From: an uncultured delta proteobacterium
GTDB taxonomy: Bacteria > Myxococcota_A > Polyangia > Fen-1088
NCBI GenBank assembly: GCA_963796685.1
Contig: CAWCMR010000013.1
Span: 416,001 to 480,000 of the forward strand
Direction of reading: 5' to 3'
DNA: 64,000 bases
The notes below the pieces were generated by a model that was not told the DNA's origin, ran no database searches, and was given only the letters and a program-made list of their open reading frames with translations. A program made the position numbers and the translations under genes. This document shows, piece by piece, positions 50,059-60,679 of the stretch (position 1 is the first letter of the stretch; the number at the start of each line of letters is the position of its first letter).

Positions 50059-51393
50059 TTAGCGCCGAAACACCAAGCCGACCACAACCAGCGCGGCCAC
50101 GGCCAAAACCGCGGCAACGGCGATCGAATAGAGCACGAGGCGCAAGCGCCGCGGACCTGTCCCGCGCGTCGACAAGGAGCGGCGGCGACGCTTACCCGCA
50201 CCTGCCGAGGTGTGCGTCGTGCGCTGTTGCCAGGTGGGGACAGGTTCTTGCGGCAAGGGTTGGGTCGCCGCGGCACGCGCATCGGCGCCCGTGCGTTGGA
50301 CGCGCCAGCCTGGGCTTTCCGGCCACTTCGCCGCGGATTCGGTGTGATGGTAGTAGCCGTCGAACTCCTGTCGGACGGCCTCGGACGCCAAGGGAAACAA
50401 GGCTCGGCCGAGGTCGTGCACCGAGGGGAATCGATCCTTGGGCCGCACGCTCATGGCGCGCTCGATGATGGATTCCAGGGCGGGTGGCAAGTCCGCGCGC
50501 AGCTCGCGCGGCGGCTGGTGGCGCCCCTCGGTCACGTTGCGGAGCAGGCTGTAGATGGGCTCGCCCCGCTGGGGCGTCTGCTGGGTCACGCATTCGTACA
50601 TCACCACGCCGAGGGAATACTGGTCACTGTGCTCGGTGACGTGACGAAGCCCGGCCGCCTGCTCGGGCGAAAGGTACTGCGACGTTCCCACGATGTCCCC
50701 GGTTTGGGTGAGCCCGCTGCTGGAAATGCCCCCCACCTTCGAGATGCCGAAATCGAGCACACGGGCGGTCGCGTGCCCCATCCAATTCCCACACAGGTAG
50801 ATGTTGCTGGGCTTGAGGTCGCGATGAACGATGCCCGCCTGGTGGGCGGCGTGTACGCCCGCGCACACCGCCAGCATGATGTCCGCCAGGCAATCGAACG
50901 CCAGAGGTCCACGCTCGATGGCCGAAGCCAGGGTCTCGCCCTGCAGGAACTCCATGGCCATGTACGGGATCGCGCACTCCACATCGAAGTCGAAGATCCG
51001 GACCACGTTGGGATGCTCCAGCCGCGCCGCCGCCTGCGCCTCGATGGTAAAGCGCTTGGCCGCCTTGCGCTTGCTCTTGAGCGCGCTCGACAGGATCTTG
51101 AGTGCGACCTTGCGGTTGAGACGCGCGTCCAGTGCCTCGTAAACCGTGCCCATCCCACCTTCGCCGATCAACCGGATGACCTCGTAGCGTCCGACCTTCG
51201 TACCCGGCGCCAGGACCTCTCTCGGCGGCGGGGCCTCCGCGGCGGCTTCGGTCTTCGCGACCTTGTCGTCGTCCACGCCGCCCTCCGCCGCCGACCGATA
51301 GGCCGAGGTTACACGCCCCCCGCGCCTCTCCTGCTTGGTAATGCCCGTGGAAACGGCCGCACTTCCCCGCTCCACTTGTTGGTCCTCGGCCAT
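50059..51393 (-). CDS. Ser/Thr protein kinase with C-terminal TM anchor
   Basis: GEGGMGTVY, HRDLKPSN, DFGISK, YLSPEQ; hydrophobic C-terminus; start approximate. Confidence 0.92.
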   Translation of the reverse strand: MAEDQQVERGSAAVSTGITKQERRGGRVTSAYRSAAEGGVDDDKVAKTEAAAEAPPPREVLAPGTKVGRYEVIRLIGEGGMGTVYEALDARLNRKVALKILSSALKSKRKAAKRFTIEAQAAARLEHPNVVRIFDFDVECAIPYMAMEFLQGETLASAIERGPLAFDCLADIMLAVCAGVHAAHQAGIVHRDLKPSNIYLCGNWMGHATARVLDFGISKVGGISSSGLTQTGDIVGTSQYLSPEQAAGLRHVTEHSDQYSLGVVMYECVTQQTPQRGEPIYSLLRNVTEGRHQPPRELRADLPPALESIIERAMSVRPKDRFPSVHDLGRALFPLASEAVRQEFDGYYHHTESAAKWPESPGWRVQRTGADARAAATQPLPQEPVPTWQQRTTHTSAGAGKRRRRSLSTRGTGPRRLRLVLYSIAVAAVLAVAALVVVGLVFRR

Positions 51394-51618
51394 GATGAGC
51401 CTCCGGCAAGTGCGGTCGGATACTATCCACGAGTCTTGGCTCACGCCAGCGCAAAGATAGACGCATCGCACGTGACACATCGTATGTCTCCGACTCAACA
51501 TCGCGCCTGATGGGCGAACAAGCTTTCCGCGAAGCAGCTCGACAGCAGCGGGAAGGACCGGTCACCGACTGGATCGGATCCAGGTTTGATCGTATTCTCC
51601 CCTCGGAATAGTGAGGAT

Positions 51619-53080
51619 ATGGCGTTGCAGATCGGACAGCTCTTCGGCAACTACCGCGTCGTGCGCCTGATAGGGGAAGGAGCCTTCGGCGAGGTCTACC
51701 TTGTCCAAAACCCGCTCATCGATCGCCGGGCCGCCGTCAAGGTCTTGCGGCCGATGCTCGCGCTGGACTCGGAGCTGGTCCGACGCTTTTTCAACGAAGC
51801 GCGCGCGGCAAGTGCGATCCGTCATCCCAACATCATCGATGTCTATGACGCCGGTGGAACACCCGAGGGAGCTCCCCTATATCCTCATGGAGTTTCTCGA
51901 GGGGAAATCGCTGAAGAAACACTTGGCGGAGACCGGCAGGTACTCCGTGTCACAAATGCTGGAGGTCGCCAGCCAAGCGGGCTCGGCGTTGGCGGCTGCT
52001 CACGCCGTCGGGATCGTTCACCGCGATCTGAAACCAGAAAATCTGTTTCTGGTACCCGACGTGACCGAGCCGGGCAGCGTGCGGGTGAAGATCCTGGATT
52101 TTGGCATCGCGAAAGTGAAGGGTCGCAGTGGCGGAGGCAAGGAAAGCGTCCGGACGGAAAGTGGCCTGATCATGGGTAGCCCGACGTATATGTCGCCTGA
52201 ACAGTGCAAGGACAGTGCAGACGTCGATCACCGGGCGGACATCTACTCTTTCGCGACGATTCTCTACGAAATGCTGGCAGGTAGACCTCCCTACATGGCG
52301 CCGACGGGAGTGGAATTGCTGCTCTTGCATTTGTCCGAGCCGGCGCGACCGTTGCACGAGCTCGTCCCCGGTGTGCCAGACCATGTGGAAGACGCCATCA
52401 TGCGTGCCCTGCGCCAGGAGCGGAACGATCGTTTTGATGGCGTTCCGTCCCTTCTCAGGGCGTTGCGGGGACCGGCAAGCGGCGACCTGACCAGCTCGCA
52501 GCCGCGTGAGCAGCTGCGTGAAAAGGTGCAGTCGGACACGCCGGCCCCTGCGTCGGACTTCGACCGAACCCTGGTAGGCCCAGCTCTCAGCACGTTTTCG
52601 CAAGCCAATGCGCAAGTCGTTTCGCAATCGGGGATCAAAACCCACGTTGTCACGAGATCCTTCGGGCGCTGGTTGGGACTTGCCCTCGGTGGATTGGTCG
52701 GGCTTGCACTACTGAGCTTCTCGCAGCTCCGGCGCGGCCAGGACACGCTGCCGCCGGGCGTGATCGCAGGTGCGGCCGTGCCCGTTCGACATTCGGCCCT
52801 AGTGAACACCGCCCCCGCGGCTCCACCTCGGGCGGCGGGAAGCGAGGTGCGGCCATTGGCCGTAGCTGCGGCAGCCGATGCACCGGACGCAGGCAAGAGC
52901 ACGAGCACGAGCGCGGGGATCGCGGTGGCGAAAGGAACGGCAGGGCAGCACCGAGCCGCCACGCGAGCCAAGACCACCATGGTCAAGCCTTATGTCCCGC
53001 CGATGCTTGGGCGCAGATCCGCTGCTGCGCGCCCTTCCCTTCAGCCTCAGCCGGATCCGGAAGATGTCGCCGGTTTCTAG
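51619..53080 (+). CDS. Membrane Ser/Thr protein kinase (frameshift about 51872)
   Basis: GEGAFGEVY...HPNII in ORF 51586-52179 continues as PYILMEFL, HRDLKPEN, DFG, YMSPEQ in ORF 51701-53080. Confidence 0.9.
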
Positions 53081-53119
53081 ACCTCAAGTGACTGACCCAG
53101 AGCTCGCCATGTGGCAGCC

Positions 53120-53980
53120 ATGAAGTGCAAACCTGTTTACGCGGTATGGGCGCTGGCCTTTGTTGCGGCATGGCCGGGCGTGGCTCGTGCAACCGACGAT
53201 CGTGCCAAAGCGGATGCGCGCAACCTGGCCAAGGCGGCCAAGCGTGACTTCGACGCCGGTCACCTCGAGGACGCGCAGCTCAAGTTTCAAGAAGCATACG
53301 CCATCGCCAAGGTGCCAACGCTGGCCCTCTGGACGGCACGCGTGATGGTGAAGCGGGGCCAATTCATCGCAGGGGCCGAGCTCTACCGACTGGCCACACA
53401 GCTTGCGCCCAACGATCTTTGGATTGGCAACGCACAGGAGCGAGCCCAGGCGGATGCGACGCGGGAGCTGGCGGCATTGCAACCTCGAATTCCAAGACTG
53501 CGCATCCATGTGCAAGGCGCCGCACCCGGGGAAGTCGAGCTCACGGTGGACGATGTCAGAATAGCGGGCACCTCGCTCGATGCCGATTTGCCGGCCAATC
53601 CTGGCCAGCATCGCGTGGTGGGCAAGAAGGACGCGCAGACCGTGGAATTGGTCATCGACCTCGTGGAAGGCGAGAGCAAGGATGCGCTTCTGAGCTTCCG
53701 CAGAAGCATATCCGCAGCCGCACCGGCTGCCATCGCCACATTGGCCGATCCGGCCGCGGGGGCCTCGATGGCTGCCGCTCCGGCGGGCGTGGCGAAGATG
53801 GCCGCCAATCCCGCGCCGACAGAGGCGGCGGGAAGTAGCCGACCGGTCTACGCGAAATGGTGGTTTTGGACCGGCGTTGGTGCAGCCGTCGTTGCCGGGA
53901 CCGTGACGGCCTTTGTGCTCACCCGCCATCCGGACGGAGCTTGCGGTGGGGCGAGCGTCCCCTGCGTGGAGGTGAAATAG
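53120..53980 (+). CDS. Exported TPR + PEGA-like protein with C-terminal TM segment
   Basis: Signal peptide, TPR helices, VELTVDD/ANPGQHRV PEGA-like strands, PVYAKWWFWTGVGAAVVAG. Confidence 0.75.
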   Translation: MKCKPVYAVWALAFVAAWPGVARATDDRAKADARNLAKAAKRDFDAGHLEDAQLKFQEAYAIAKVPTLALWTARVMVKRGQFIAGAELYRLATQLAPNDLWIGNAQERAQADATRELAALQPRIPRLRIHVQGAAPGEVELTVDDVRIAGTSLDADLPANPGQHRVVGKKDAQTVELVIDLVEGESKDALLSFRRSISAAAPAAIATLADPAAGASMAAAPAGVAKMAANPAPTEAAGSSRPVYAKWWFWTGVGAAVVAGTVTAFVLTRHPDGACGGASVPCVEVK

Positions 53981-53982
53981 CG

Positions 53983-55701
53983 ATGCGGCGTGGCCCTTGG
54001 AGGTTGGTCCTGGCTTGGGCGCTGCTCGGTGCCTGTTCGAACGACAGCAGCAGCACCAAAATCATGGTCGTGGTCTGGAGCAATCTCACGGTCCCGACGG
54101 AGATGGACACCATTCGCGTCGACGTCGTCGGCTCGACTTCAGCTCCATCGGTCACCTTTCCACTGACGGCCGGTAACGACAGCGGAAAGTCCAAGCTTCC
54201 CGTTGTCATGGAGCTGGTGTCGCCGGATAACCAGGGCAGGTCATTCGAAGTCGTTGCCACCGGGCTCTCGAACAGCGCCACCGTTGTCACCCAAGCAGCG
54301 ACATTGTCGTTTGCTCCCGGGCACAACCGAGTGCTCACGCTGCTTCTCGATCGTGCTTGCCGTTATGCGACAAGCGGCCCGTGTGTGCAAACCGCCAGCG
54401 TGGATGTGAACACACTTCCGGAATACGATCCGTCGAAGCCCTTTCTCGCCCCTGATGCAGGGATGGTTACCCCAAGCCAGTCCGACGGCAGCGTCGAGAC
54501 CGGCAGCGATGCTCTCGCTGTGGGTGCGTTGCCGGGGAACGATGCGCTCCCTGGTACGCCGGCCACCGATGCCCGGCAGCCTGGCGACGCCGCTCCTGAC
54601 AACGTCCCGGCTGTTCCAGACGCCGCACTGGAAGCGCCCCTTGAAGCTCCGGTAGACACCCATGACACCGCCGATACGCCGTCGTATCCAAGCGAGTCGG
54701 GGAAGCGCCGAAGGATGCAGCCGTGGTGCAGGACGGCCCTCCGGCGTGCGGCCTTCCGGAGAACCCATGCATGCAAAATGGCGACGGCGCCGCGGATGAG
54801 GCTTCGACCTCGTTCGCCAGCGATGTGCGCGACGAGCCGCCTGAGAGCGGCGATACTCTCTCGGATACACTGCCGGATTCTGCCGGCTTCGGCCGACTCG
54901 AGCCGCGACCTCCCGCTTGAAGTCGAAGCGGGGCAGGACCAGGCGGATGGGACCACGTGCGTTCTTCCCATGGCCACTTGCTCGGGTGTCTGCATCAATC
55001 CAGAGACCAATCCAGACGACTGCGGCGGATGTGGTCGGGCCTGCGGAACGCAGAACGGTACCCCGAGCTGCACGACAGGCACATGTTCGATGTCGTCCTG
55101 CCTACCGGGCTTCCTCGATTGCAGTGCCGATGAGAACGTGAGCCGGGACGGGTGTGAGACCAACGGGAACACGGATAGCGCCAATTGTGGCCGCTGTGGA
55201 AACGCATGTTCGTCCAAGGTTTGCCGAAGTCAGACCTGCCTCGCGACCGCACGCTACGGCAACACCGGACCAGGCACGGGCGCCTCGCCCTTCTCGGGCA
55301 ATTTTCTGGCAGGAATCCAGGTCTACATTCCGAGCCCGAGCGTGGTCACCGGGTTCGGCGCCGTCCTCTACAACTCGACAGCGAGTTGCAACATGGTCCT
55401 CGGCCTATACAAGGACATGGCCGGTGCCCCCGGCGACCTCGTAGCCACCGTGACCGCCCCTGCCTTGGTCGCTCCAGGTGGCAAAGAGCTATCCGTGTCG
55501 CCACCCGTCGACATCCTTGCGGGCACCTACTGGATCCTCGGGGTTTGGGATGGTTTAGCCACATTCTCGAGCAACTCCGCGACGCCGGTCACCTGGCGCT
55601 ACGCCTCTTATCCATTTGGTGCCCTGCCCCCGACCGCTCCATCGAGCATGACCGCGGGCAGCTTTCCGCCTCCCAATGTTTACGTGATTGTCGCCCAGTA
55701 A
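53983..55701 (+). CDS. Cys-rich surface lipoprotein (Stigma1-like repeats); probable compensating indels about 54695 and 54885
   Basis: Lipobox LGAC; Asp/Ala/Pro linker; TNPDDCGGCGRAC, DGCET, NCGRCGNAC; beta-rich C-terminal domain. Confidence 0.78.
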   Translation: MRRGPWRLVLAWALLGACSNDSSSTKIMVVVWSNLTVPTEMDTIRVDVVGSTSAPSVTFPLTAGNDSGKSKLPVVMELVSPDNQGRSFEVVATGLSNSATVVTQAATLSFAPGHNRVLTLLLDRACRYATSGPCVQTASVDVNTLPEYDPSKPFLAPDAGMVTPSQSDGSVETGSDALAVGALPGNDALPGTPATDARQPGDAAPDNVPAVPDAALEAPLEAPVDTHDTADTPSYPSESGKRRRMQPWCRTALRRAAFRRTHACKMATAPRMRLRPRSPAMCATSRLRAAILSRIHCRILPASADSSRDLPLEVEAGQDQADGTTCVLPMATCSGVCINPETNPDDCGGCGRACGTQNGTPSCTTGTCSMSSCLPGFLDCSADENVSRDGCETNGNTDSANCGRCGNACSSKVCRSQTCLATARYGNTGPGTGASPFSGNFLAGIQVYIPSPSVVTGFGAVLYNSTASCNMVLGLYKDMAGAPGDLVATVTAPALVAPGGKELSVSPPVDILAGTYWILGVWDGLATFSSNSATPVTWRYASYPFGALPPTAPSSMTAGSFPPPNVYVIVAQ

Positions 55702-55756
55702 GACAGGTCGCCTAGCCTAGCGTTACTGCGAAAACCTTCTGCCAAGGAGATCCCCG

Positions 55757-56239
55757 ATGCCCTCTACCATCAGCTTCGATCATTCCAACCTGTATTCCAA
55801 TACCGGCCTCGTTCCCTCGCCCGGGTGCAGAGTCGACACCGCGACCAACATCACCATTTCTCTTTTCAACACCGGCTCGGCCGCATCTGTTGTGGTCCAC
55901 TTGTGGTGGATTGGTCCAACGCTTTCGGCTTCTGCCGGGCCCATGGTCGATCTGGTGAACTGCAACAAGCTGGCGCCACCTTACGGCCCCGCGCAACCGG
56001 TGGTGTTGACCGTGGAACCCTCTGTCGGTCACAACCCCGGAGGACACATCACAGTCTCGTGGATTCCAAGCAGCACGGACTTCCCCCGCGCACTGGGCTT
56101 GCATGTCCCCGGTTGCCTCTTCGCGCAAGTCGAGGTTCTGCCCGTCCCGCCAATCTCCCCGGGGGACACCTCGGCCTTGAACAACTGGAGTCCGGCGTAC
56201 GCCCTTTGCGCTCAGCACAACATCCAGATCTCCACGTAG
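55757..56239 (+). CDS. Hypothetical protein (beta-rich, 160 aa)
   Basis: AAGGAG RBS; Ig-like strand pattern, HVPGCLFAQV...CAQHNI. Confidence 0.65.
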   Translation: MPSTISFDHSNLYSNTGLVPSPGCRVDTATNITISLFNTGSAASVVVHLWWIGPTLSASAGPMVDLVNCNKLAPPYGPAQPVVLTVEPSVGHNPGGHITVSWIPSSTDFPRALGLHVPGCLFAQVEVLPVPPISPGDTSALNNWSPAYALCAQHNIQIST

Positions 56240-57276
56240 AAGCGAGTGTGCTCGAGTCGGCGCCGCGTTGTCGCACTGGACGCCCCTCGCGTCATCGAGT
56301 GCTGCCCGGAAAGCTGGAAGGCCCTTCCGTGAACGTGGGTGACGCAGGCAAAGGGATCGATCAACAGCGGAGAAAGCGCGGAAAATACGACGATGGTGCG
56401 CATCCGCGCCAGCAGGAGCGGCCATGGCCGCGTGGGTACCTTGTGCCAGCCCAGGCGTTTCTCGGCCAGGACCAGCCCGGCGTGGAGCAAGAAGAAGCCC
56501 ATGACCGAGACGCAGGGCAAGGCGATCAGGTCCGGGGGACCGGCGCCTACGACCGCCATCACGTGCAGAACACCGGAGGCCGTGAAGGCCGCCAGCAATC
56601 CCAGCTGGGGGCGCGAGCGAGCGTGGGGCTGGTAAAAGCCCCGCCTGAGATTGCCCTGTACCATTCGGTTCCAGCGTCGCGCCCAAAATTCGGCAAGCGA
56701 TGCCGACAGCAGCGGGTGGTCCTGAAGGCCCTCCACCGAGCGCCCGCACAGCCCCGCAATACCGACGATCAGATGATGCACACCCGCGGCGCCGACGGCG
56801 ACCTCCAACATGACCAGCTGGTCGTCCAAGACTCGAAACGGCAGGGACTTCTGCCACAGGCGCCAATGGTTTCCCCAGACCAGCAACAAGACGCATCCGG
56901 CGAGCCCCGCAGCTCCCAGCCCGATGGCCAGCAGCGGCCGGCTTCTCGGCGCGGAGTTGGGGGCAAAGAGATCTTCCGGGACGATCAGGTCCAACACAAG
57001 ACGCGCAGCGCTCGCTGCTTGCTCCTGATCGGGGCGCCGATTTCGGTGAGCGAGGGCCACCATGCGAATGCCCAGATAGCCGGCCACCAGGCCAAGAATG
57101 AGCTGCGCCGGACCAGGACCTCGGGTCAGCGCCGGGGCCACACATGTGGCCAGCAGGATGCCAAGGCGGAGACCGGCTCGCAGACGCGAATCGCGCACCT
57201 GCCCTGCCCTGGCGTAGACGACACCCAGCATGACAATGCCGGGCACCAGAAATAGCGAAGCGGGGAAGAGCAGCAT
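56212..57276 (-). CDS. MBOAT_2 / wax-synthase-type membrane O-acyltransferase
   Basis: PLLSASLAEFWARRWN and AFTASGVLH motifs; multiple TM helices. Confidence 0.82.
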   Translation of the reverse strand: MLLFPASLFLVPGIVMLGVVYARAGQVRDSRLRAGLRLGILLATCVAPALTRGPGPAQLILGLVAGYLGIRMVALAHRNRRPDQEQAASAARLVLDLIVPEDLFAPNSAPRSRPLLAIGLGAAGLAGCVLLLVWGNHWRLWQKSLPFRVLDDQLVMLEVAVGAAGVHHLIVGIAGLCGRSVEGLQDHPLLSASLAEFWARRWNRMVQGNLRRGFYQPHARSRPQLGLLAAFTASGVLHVMAVVGAGPPDLIALPCVSVMGFFLLHAGLVLAEKRLGWHKVPTRPWPLLLARMRTIVVFSALSPLLIDPFACVTHVHGRAFQLSGQHSMTRGASSATTRRRLEHTRFYVEIWMLC

Positions 57277-57438
57277 GCAGAACGGCGGCCGCGCGCCAGG
57301 CGCAACCTTAGCAGGCGCTGGCGCGTTTTCTCCACCCCGGCCTGCGCGAGCAGATCCGCCGCGGTGAATTCAGATCATCACGGCTTCTGCCATCATCCTT
57401 GACGCGGATGGGTCAAAGACTAGAGTAACCATCCAGCC

Positions 57439-60400
57439 ATGGCGCTTCTCGGACGCGATACCTCGGTGACGGGGCCTTTCCCTGCTGGGGTCTTGTTGCT
57501 CGAAACCCTGCATGGCCACGAAGCGCTGGGGCGGACGTACCGGTTCGAGCTCAGCCTGCTCTCGAAGGAGCCGAACCTCGATCCAGACGACGTGCTCGGC
57601 AAGCCGCTTGCGGTGGGCATCCAACTGAACACCGGCAAGGAGCGCTTCTTTCACGGCATCGTGACCGGTTTCCAAAAAGGTGGGGCCACGCAACTACACA
57701 CGCGCTACGCGGCCGAGCTGCGGCCGGTGTTGAGCCTGTTCGACCACACCTTCGACTGCCGCGTCTTCAACGATCCCGCGCAGGACGCGCTGTCCATCGT
57801 GAAATCGGTGCTGGCCAAGCGCGGGCTCGGCGACGTCGAATCGGGGTCGATCCAGGACCACGTCTACCGCGCGCGCGAATTCTGCGTGCAGTACCGCGAG
57901 AGCGATCTGAATTTCGTGCAGAGGCTGCTGGAGGAAGAAGGCATCTACTATTTCTTCAAGCACGAGGAGAGCAAGCACACCTTGGTGCTGGCCGATGCCA
58001 TCACTGCGCACCAGGCCGTCGACGGCTACGAATCGATTCTGTACACCGCGAAGGAGCGACGGGTTGCAGGCGCCGAAGAGCACTTCTGGGGCATGAAGGT
58101 GCGCCGAGCGCTCTATCCCGGCCGCCACACGGTGCTCGGCGGCTACGACCCGACGGCGCCGCGGCCGAGACAGCCTCAATTCGGGCGGGGCACGTCTGAG
58201 GATCTGGTGACGGGCTACCCGTTCGAGCACTACGACTATCCGGGCGGGCTCTTCGATCCTCGAGAAGCGCAGCAGGAAGCGGCCGTGCGCGCGCAAGCGG
58301 GTCGCGCGGACAACACCGTTATCGAGGTGGAAGGCAACACCGTGGGCCTGGGACTTGGCCATCTGGTGTCCCTGCGCCCGGGACCGGATGGGGCCGACGG
58401 GCCGTTCTGGAGCGAAGAGGATTTCGGCAAGCAGTACCTGGTGGTCGGCGCGAGCTATCACCTGAGCGTCGATCAATACGAGACCGGGGATGTGGCCTTC
58501 AGCGACGAGCCGTTCAAGGCGACGTACCAGCTGCTCGACAGTCACGTGCAGTTCCGACCCGCCCGTGTCACGCGCAAGCCGCACATGCCGGGCCGCCAAA
58601 CGGCGCTGGTGGTGGGCCCGGCGGGCGAGGAGATTTGGACCGACAAGCACGGCCGCGTGATGGTGCAATTCGACTGGGATCGCCTCGGCGAGCGCAACGA
58701 GAAGTCGTCGTGTTGGGTGCGCGTGGCGCAGGCGTGGTCGGGGGCCAGGTTCGGCGCGCAATACCTACCGCGCGTCGGTCAAGAAGTGATCGTGGCGTTT
58801 CTCGACGGCGATCCCGACCGGCCCATCATCACGGGCAGCCTGTTCAACAAGGACAACATGCCGCCCTACGATCTGCCGGCCAACCAAACCCAAAGCGGCA
58901 TCAAGAGTCGCAGCACGAAGGGCGGCACGGCCAGCAACTTCAACGAGCTCCGATTCGAGGACAAGAAGGGTCAGGAAGAGCTGCACTTCCAGGCCGAGAA
59001 GGACATGTCGACGCTGGTCAAGCACGACCATACCCTGCACGTGGGGGTGAACCGCGGCATCGTCGTGGGCAACGACGAAACCAATCTGGTGAAGAACGAG
59101 CGCCAGCTCACCGTCGACGCGAACGACAGCGTGGTCATCGGCGGCACGCACGACAAGACGGTGACCGGCGCGGTCACGCAGCTCTGCGGCGGCGACCACA
59201 GCCGCAAGGTGGACGGTAATCAAGAAGCTCTTCGCGGAGAAGAACAAGGATGAGCACGTCAAGCGCGCCCACAAGCTGACCACCGACAAGAAGTTCCAGC
59301 TCAACCAGGGCGCAACCAGCATGACGTTCAAGGGCACCAACGTGACCGTGGACTCGGCTGGCACGATCACCCTGACCGCGGGCGGCGCCACGGTGTGCCT
59401 GGACAAGACCGGCAAGGCGACGTTCGACTCGCCAACGGGGATCAAGTTCGTGTGCGGCGCCAGCTCGCTGGCCATCCTGCCCGGCGGCGTCGCCATCGCC
59501 AGCCCCGCCGTGACCGCCGCCGCCGGCGCTGGCAGCGTGGTGGCCATGGGCGAAGAGACCGTCGCCATGAAGAGCAAGACCGTCACCCTCGAAGCCGACG
59601 GCGTGTGCACCATCAAAGGCAAGAGCGCGCTGAAGTTGCAGGAGGCGGACCCGGTCCAGGCGAAGAAGAACAAAGGGTCATCACCGGCTACGGGCGAGAG
59701 CCAGGAAGCGCCTGGCGCGGGCAGAAAACCCAGCAAGAGGCCGCAGAAGGAAGCGCAGCCTGAAAGCGCCAAGCTGGAGATCCACGTCATGGACCTGGAC
59801 GGGAAGCCACAGGAAGGGTTGGGGTTCGAGATCAAGATGCCAGACGGCGGAACCACTTCCGGCAAGCTCGATAAGGAAGGCCGCGGGTTGGCGAGGAGCT
59901 CTTCGCCGGGCGTCTTCAAGGTGACCTTTCCAGACCTCGACGGTGGTGATTGGGACGGCGATGGCGTGCTGGAGGTGCCCGAGGCAAAACGAAGCGAGGC
60001 AAGCGGCGTCAAGGCCACCTCGGAGGACCGTGTACCCGAGGTCGCGGCAGCCAAGGGCTTCGTCAGGTGGCGGACCGTGTGGGAATTCGCCGGCAACGTA
60101 GAATTAAGAGCCTTGCGCGAGAACCCCAACGTACTGCGCGACGGGGACATGGTGGCGATTCCAAACAAGGTCCCGCGCATCGCAGAGGTTCTGGGAGGAG
60201 GGGCCGAGTACGTGGTCAGGCGCGAGACCGAGAGGATCGTGACGTTCCGCCTGCTGGACTGGGAGCACCAACCGTTGGCAGGTTTGCGATATCAAGCAAA
60301 GACAGGCGACGAGGACATCAACCGTGGCGTCGTTCCCCAAGACGGCTGGGTGACCTTGGCGATTCCAGTCGACGCGCAGACGATTTGCGTCGCGGTGTAC

Positions 60401-60679
60401 CTCTCGGACAATGAAGACGATGCACCACTCGACCTGACATTCGAGGTTCGCGAGGAAGCGCTAGGCGATTCGCCCGAGCACAAGAACCAGCGTCTGCTCA
60501 ACCTGGGTTTCGCCGGCGAGCTGCCCGAGGGCGAGCCAGGCGGCGATGACGACGAGGTTGTTCGCCTGGCCCTGGCCCGGTACCGCAGCTTGGCCGGCAA
60601 TCACGAAGATGAAGATGGCGATGTGCTCGACAAGGCCGCGACCGTGCACGACGCCGAAGACGGCAAAGGACAGGCATGA
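57439..60679 (+). CDS. vgrG: Type VI secretion spike VgrG with long C-terminal extension (frameshift about 59226)
   Basis: REFCVQYRESDLNFVQRLLEEEGIYYFF, QTALVVGPAGEEIWTDKHGRV, SSCWVRVAQ, PRVGQEVIV.FLDGDPDRP, NELRFED, AEKDM. Removing one A joins this to ORF 59321-60679. Confidence 0.93.

Noticed and set aside
57439-60679. Prophage tail or eCIS locus
   Set aside because: No capsid, integrase, sheath, tube or baseplate genes adjacent; motifs are those of T6SS-type VgrG
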